Below, one piece after another: positions 50,366 to 55,069 of a stretch of 55,069 nucleotides of DNA; positions within the stretch are counted from its first letter, which is position 1, and each line of letters begins with the position of its first letter. Source of the stretch: Candidatus Hodarchaeota archaeon. GTDB taxonomy: Archaea; Asgardarchaeota; Heimdallarchaeia; Hodarchaeales; Hodarchaeaceae. The translations under genes were made by a program, and so were the position numbers. The stretch is from assembly GCA_029856365.1 (NCBI GenBank), contig JAHQWW010000014.1, forward strand, positions 1-55,069. The letters run 5' to 3'. Below the pieces are notes generated by a model, which was given only the letters and a program-made list of their open reading frames with translations, had not been told where the DNA came from and did not search any database.

Positions 50366-51574
50366 TCATATTTTTTCTCTTTGATGAATAGTCTTTTCCC
50401 AGAAATCAGGATAAATAAATCCTGATCCTGTCCCGAATAAAACGATAGAATCAGAAGAGGAAACAAAACCTGAATCTATTAACTTTTCAATCCCTGCATA
50501 GGTAGCTGCACCTTCAGGGGATTGCATAATCCCTTCTATTTTAGCAAGTTTCCTCATTGCTACAAGGATCTCAGAGTCTCTTACTTCAACTGCTGTTCCA
50601 TTAGATTCATTTAGTGCTTTCAATATTAAATAATCTCCTATAGCTACTGGAACTCTTAAACCAAGTGCAAATGTCTTAGCATTCTCCCATACTTCTGCTA
50701 ATTTTTTCCCTTCTTGAAATGCTTTTACCATCGGAGCACAACCAGACGACTGGACAGTAACCATCTGTGGCCGATCTGAACCGATTAATCCCACAATCTC
50801 TAATTCATCAAAAGCTTTCCACATGCCAACAATTCCTGTTCCTCCACCTGTGGGATACACTATTACATCAGGAATACTCCAGTTAAACTGTTCAACAACT
50901 TCGAAAGCCATAGTCTTTTTCCCTTCAGCCCGATAGGGCTCTTTAAGGGTTGAAACATTAAACCAATTATTTTTTTTAGTTTTAAGTTTACATTTTGCCG
51001 CAGCATCTGTGATAAGTCCTTGTACAAGCTCTAAATCTCCTCCTAAGGCAATAATTGTGCTTTGTAATAGCTTTGGTGTATCTTCTGGCATAAAGACATG
51101 AGCATTTGTTCCTGTACAGGTCGCGTATGCTGATAAGGCTGCTCCAGCATTACCTGCAGTAGGAATTGAGAAATCCCGAATTCCCAATTCTAGCCCTCTA
51201 GATACAGCAGCACACAAACCACGACTCTTGAATGTTCCTGTTGGATTTTGCCCTTCATCTTTAAGATATAAATTCTTTAAACCTAAGTGGGTTCCAGAAT
51301 TCTTTAAATGCATGATAGGCGTCCAACCTTCCCCTAGGCTAAATTGAAATCTAGATTCAGTTACAGGCATGATTTCACTTAAACGCCAAATATTGTAAAT
51401 GTTTCTGGACTGAATTGATTTTTTTGAAAGAGTTTCCTTCGCTTTTTCATAATCATAAATTGGAAAAAGAACTTTACCACAAGATTTACACAAAGTATGC
51501 TTTTCTTTGTAATCAAACTCTGTTTTACAGCTGGTACATAATAATTTTGCAATACAACTTTCTTTATTTTTCAT
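50366..51574 (-). CDS. thrC: threonine synthase
   Basis: N-terminal CxxC..CxxC, SLGEGWTP, KDEGQNPTGTFKSRG, AGNAG, EGKKT, PTGGGTG. Confidence 0.9.
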   Translation of the reverse strand: MKNKESCIAKLLCTSCKTEFDYKEKHTLCKSCGKVLFPIYDYEKAKETLSKKSIQSRNIYNIWRLSEIMPVTESRFQFSLGEGWTPIMHLKNSGTHLGLKNLYLKDEGQNPTGTFKSRGLCAAVSRGLELGIRDFSIPTAGNAGAALSAYATCTGTNAHVFMPEDTPKLLQSTIIALGGDLELVQGLITDAAAKCKLKTKKNNWFNVSTLKEPYRAEGKKTMAFEVVEQFNWSIPDVIVYPTGGGTGIVGMWKAFDELEIVGLIGSDRPQMVTVQSSGCAPMVKAFQEGKKLAEVWENAKTFALGLRVPVAIGDYLILKALNESNGTAVEVRDSEILVAMRKLAKIEGIMQSPEGAATYAGIEKLIDSGFVSSSDSIVLFGTGSGFIYPDFWEKTIHQREKI

Positions 51575-51702
51575 GTGTAAACATCTTCATAAGAAAAATA
51601 AGATTTTATAGATAAAATTGATTCAATAATTGTGTAAACGCATTTTCATGATGATAATATTAAACTAGCTTTTAGAAGGCTTCTCTATCTAAAAAAATCA
51701 TT

Positions 51703-52395
51703 ATGGTTATGTTAGGTCGTGAAATAGTGTCAAAAGATGTATTATACGAAATCAATCGAGATGACATCAGAGAGAATTTCAATAAATACACAAAAAAAGC
51801 ATTTCAGATGCTTCCTGAATTGGAAAGTCCACGTATATTAGACATCGGATGTGGTTCGGGTGTTCCAACTATTGAATTGGCTAAGTTAAGTAATGGAGAA
51901 ATAATTGGAATTGACACTGATCAATCCCTCTTAGACGAATTGAATAGAAAAATTGAAGAAGAAGGTCTTAAACACCGAATGAAGACTATAAAATGTTCTT
52001 TATTTGAGATCGATTTTCCAGATGCGAGCTTTGATATCATCTGGGCAGAGGGGGTTGCATTTGTTGATTTCAAAAAGAGGCTGAAGATGTGGAAACGGTT
52101 ACTCAAGACTAATGGTTTCTTAGTTTTTCATGATAATAACAAAAACATATCCAAAAAAATCAATTTTATAACTAGTATCGGTTATAAACTTGTAAATCAT
52201 TTTCTATTACCCGAGAACAGTTGGTGGAAAGAGTATTATCATCCACTTGAAAGTAGACTTACCAAATTACGGTCGAAATATTCAAATGATCCAGAAGCTC
52301 TTAAGATAATTGAACAACACCAAAATGAGGTCAATCTTGTTAAGAAAAATCCCAAAAATGCTGGTTCAGTATTTTATATTATGCAAAAGCAATAG
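51703..52395 (+). CDS. class I SAM-dependent methyltransferase
   Basis: ILDIGCGSG, FDIIWAEG, LKTNG. Confidence 0.9.
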   Translation: MVMLGREIVSKDVLYEINRDDIRENFNKYTKKAFQMLPELESPRILDIGCGSGVPTIELAKLSNGEIIGIDTDQSLLDELNRKIEEEGLKHRMKTIKCSLFEIDFPDASFDIIWAEGVAFVDFKKRLKMWKRLLKTNGFLVFHDNNKNISKKINFITSIGYKLVNHFLLPENSWWKEYYHPLESRLTKLRSKYSNDPEALKIIEQHQNEVNLVKKNPKNAGSVFYIMQKQ

Positions 52396-52497
52396 CCTTC
52401 AGATTTTTTTTCTTTATAAAAGAAATCTCGTTTTTAGGAGGAAGCGCGAATTTGAAAACACTAAGTTGAAAAGGGGGAATCACTTGAGGTTTTATCG

Positions 52498-53997
52498 ATG
52501 GAAGAGTATAAAGTCTTACTGAAGAAGATCAAAGAATATATTGTTCTTGATCAGATAGAAAACATTCTAAATTGGGATTTTGAAACACATATGCCACCTA
52601 AGGGAGTAAAACAACGTGCAGAAGAACTTGCAATGATCGCTGCTTTGAAACACGACAAAATAGCTGACCCAGAAATAGGAGAACTTCTAAAGAGAATCAA
52701 AAACGATCCAAACTATTCTTCTCTAAATGATTTAGAAAAAAGGGATATTTATCTAATAGAACGGAAATACAAAATGGAATCTAAGATTCCCAAGGAATTA
52801 GTGGAAGAACTAGCTAAACAGAAACCTATTGCGATTGATGCTTGGAAAAGAGCGAAAAAGGAAGTTAATTATTTACTTTTTAAACCTGAACTCGACAAGA
52901 TCGTTGAACTTACAAAAAAGAAAGCACATCACTTAGATTCAGATAAAGAACCTTTTGATGCACTTGTAGAGGAATATGAGCCAGGATTGTCTTCAGCTCA
53001 ATACACAACTCTTTTTAATGAGTTAAAAAAAGGATTGATACCAATTATCCAAAAATGTGTCAGTTCACCCAAGCAGCCTGACCTCTCGTTAATAAAACGA
53101 AAATGTCCAATTGAAATCCAAAAGCAAGTGTCACAGGATATCTCCAAATTGGTTCATTATGACCTTGATCGGGGTAGGATTGATGAAACAGAGCATCCAT
53201 TTACAACAGGATATTATGATGATGTTCGTATAACAACCCATTATTATGAAGAGGATTTTTCTGATTCCTTTTATTCGGTACTCCACGAAGCTGGACATGG
53301 TTTATATGAACAGAATCTTTCTCAGGAATATAAATATCAACTAGTGGGGGAATCCAGCTCATATGGGGTGCATGAGTCGCAATCGAGATTAATCGAGAAT
53401 CTTATTGGTCGAAGTCGCGAATTCTGGGAATTTTATTTACCCAAGCTTAAAAAAATGACTGGTGATGTTTTTTCTGATATTGAATTGGATCCATTTATCC
53501 ATGCAATTAACTTAGTGAAACCCTCGAAAATTCGTATTGCTGCTGACGAGGTTACTTACAGTTTGCATATAATTATTCGATTTGAGATCGAACGTGACCT
53601 TTTATCTGGAAAAATCACTACAGAGCAGCTTCCAGAAATATGGAATTCGAAATATAAAGAATATCTTGGTGTAAATATTGAGAATGACTCTGAGGGAGTG
53701 TTACAAGATACACACTGGGCTGGTGGAAGCTTCAGTTACTTCCCTTCGTACGCCATGGGTAATATCTATAACGCACAAATGTTAGCTAAAATTGCTGAAG
53801 ATATTCCTGATTATAGAGAATTCATGAAAAAAGGTCAACTTAAACCAATTATTGATTGGCTTATCGAGAAAATCCACACACCATCTAATCTATATGATCC
53901 AATAGAACTAATAAGAAAGATTACTGGTGAAGAGATTAACCCCAAATATTTCATCGACTATCTAGAGGAAAAATACTCGAAGATCTATGGATTTTGA
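52498..53997 (+). CDS. carboxypeptidase Taq family (M32)
   Basis: HPF, DVRITT, HEAGH, HESQS, IRIAADE, QDTHW, YFPSY. Confidence 0.95.
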   Translation: MEEYKVLLKKIKEYIVLDQIENILNWDFETHMPPKGVKQRAEELAMIAALKHDKIADPEIGELLKRIKNDPNYSSLNDLEKRDIYLIERKYKMESKIPKELVEELAKQKPIAIDAWKRAKKEVNYLLFKPELDKIVELTKKKAHHLDSDKEPFDALVEEYEPGLSSAQYTTLFNELKKGLIPIIQKCVSSPKQPDLSLIKRKCPIEIQKQVSQDISKLVHYDLDRGRIDETEHPFTTGYYDDVRITTHYYEEDFSDSFYSVLHEAGHGLYEQNLSQEYKYQLVGESSSYGVHESQSRLIENLIGRSREFWEFYLPKLKKMTGDVFSDIELDPFIHAINLVKPSKIRIAADEVTYSLHIIIRFEIERDLLSGKITTEQLPEIWNSKYKEYLGVNIENDSEGVLQDTHWAGGSFSYFPSYAMGNIYNAQMLAKIAEDIPDYREFMKKGQLKPIIDWLIEKIHTPSNLYDPIELIRKITGEEINPKYFIDYLEEKYSKIYGF

Positions 53998-54011
53998 AAA
54001 TCCTATTGATA

Positions 54012-55067
54012 CTAGATAGGAATAAAAGTATCTTCTTCAATTACAGATCTTATGAATTCAACATTTAGTTTCACGATGTTTTCGACATCATCTAGACAAA
54101 TAACTTCGGATGCGGTGTGCATATACCGATTAGGGATTGAAATTAAAGCTGTGGCTGCTCCTGTTAATTGAATAGCATTGGCATCAGTTCCAGTTCCTCG
54201 ATGCCACGCTATTTTTTGATAAGGAATATTATTATTTTCAGCGATATCTATTAGTCGTTTATACAGAACTGGATTAATATTGGGTCCTCTAACGATTATT
54301 GGTCCCTTACCGAGCTTTGTATCACCTACTAGTTTCTTTTTGACTTCTGGGGAATCAGCTGCATGGCCTACATCGAATGCAATACCAACTTGGGGTTTAA
54401 TCTCTCTAGCTGCAACCGTGGCTCCTCGCAGGCCTATCTCTTCCTGAACTGTAGATACACCGTACACTCCTGCATAAAAATCTTTATCTTTCGCTAATTC
54501 GGTCATTATCTCTGCGACAATAAAAGCTCCAATGGCATCATCGAACCCAGCAGCAACTGCAAAATTATGATTACCTAATTTTTGGAAGCCATAATCAAAA
54601 ACTGCAAAATCACCAATATCTACCTTTTCCTCTGCTTCTTCTTTTGTAATACAGCCAATGTCAATAAACAGCTTTTCCATTTCAGGTACTTTTTTCCTTT
54701 CTTCAGGTTTCATTAAATGGATAGCTTTCTTTCCAATAACACCAGGGATAACACCTTTTCCTCCATTGACTTTCACTCGTTTTCCAGGCAAAGTGGTGAC
54801 ATCAAAACCACCTAGAGGTAAAAACCACAAGTATCCATTTTTATCAATATGAGTTATTTGAAAACCGATTTGGTCAATATGACCAGCTAGCATGATTTTA
54901 AAAGGATTCTCTGGATTAATAACTGCATATAGATTCCCTATACGATCAGCATATAATTTATCAACATATTTCTTGAGATATTGCTTAATTCCTTGCTGTG
55001 CAGTTAATTCATATCCTGTTGCTCTAGGAGTCGTTACTAATTTCTTTAAGAAGGCTTCATTGACATG
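54012..55067 (-). CDS. M42 (TET) aminopeptidase, 5' end beyond the window
   Basis: Frame open to window edge (..LKKLVTTPRATGYE...DRIGN); GHID, DD, QEEIG, GTDA, RYMH. Confidence 0.92.
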   Translation of the reverse strand, partial: HVNEAFLKKLVTTPRATGYELTAQQGIKQYLKKYVDKLYADRIGNLYAVINPENPFKIMLAGHIDQIGFQITHIDKNGYLWFLPLGGFDVTTLPGKRVKVNGGKGVIPGVIGKKAIHLMKPEERKKVPEMEKLFIDIGCITKEEAEEKVDIGDFAVFDYGFQKLGNHNFAVAAGFDDAIGAFIVAEIMTELAKDKDFYAGVYGVSTVQEEIGLRGATVAAREIKPQVGIAFDVGHAADSPEVKKKLVGDTKLGKGPIIVRGPNINPVLYKRLIDIAENNNIPYQKIAWHRGTGTDANAIQLTGAATALISIPNRYMHTASEVICLDDVENIVKLNVEFIRSVIEEDTFIPI

Positions 55068-55069
55068 AT

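Noticed and set aside
54893-55069. Apparent short M42 peptidase starting at 54893
   Set aside because: The frame stays open to the window edge; the true start is outside the window
1-55069. CRISPR array, tRNA/rRNA, transposase or integrase
   Set aside because: No regularly spaced repeats, cloverleaf-like GC-rich segments or recombinase motifs seen by eye; a tRNAscan/Infernal run would be needed to exclude them fully

Overview
Low-GC (AT-rich) archaeal chromosomal window, most consistent with an Asgard archaeon (Heimdallarchaeia/Hodarchaeales-like). This is inferred from eukaryotic-signature proteins: two tandem Rab-like GTPases, a roadblock/LC7 protein and a longin-like domain. About 45 CDSs are present: MoxR/VWA chaperone pair, multi-PAS histidine kinase, radical SAM protein, SufS, two nuclease-less N6-adenine DNA methyltransferases, a tungsten AOR cluster with two MoaD/ubiquitin-like proteins, ECF and ABC-2 transporters, SerK-like kinase, ThyX, ThrC, M28/M32/M42 peptidases and C-terminally anchored surface proteins. 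No rRNA, tRNA, CRISPR array or transposase was seen. Two observations stand out. (1) A histone-fold + longin-like + polybasic-tail fusion protein at 23037-24161, divergent from a degenerate Mrr-like protein. (2) An unannotated 46-aa ORF at 15206-15346 that copies only the terminal HsdS-type dimerisation helix of the upstream M-S fusion methyltransferase (28/41 aa identical, 17 of those codons synonymously changed). Several unannotated gene relics (receiver domain, HATPase, D-threonine-aldolase-like, surface protein) were read from intergenic DNA. All family calls come from motif recognition by eye, not database searches.
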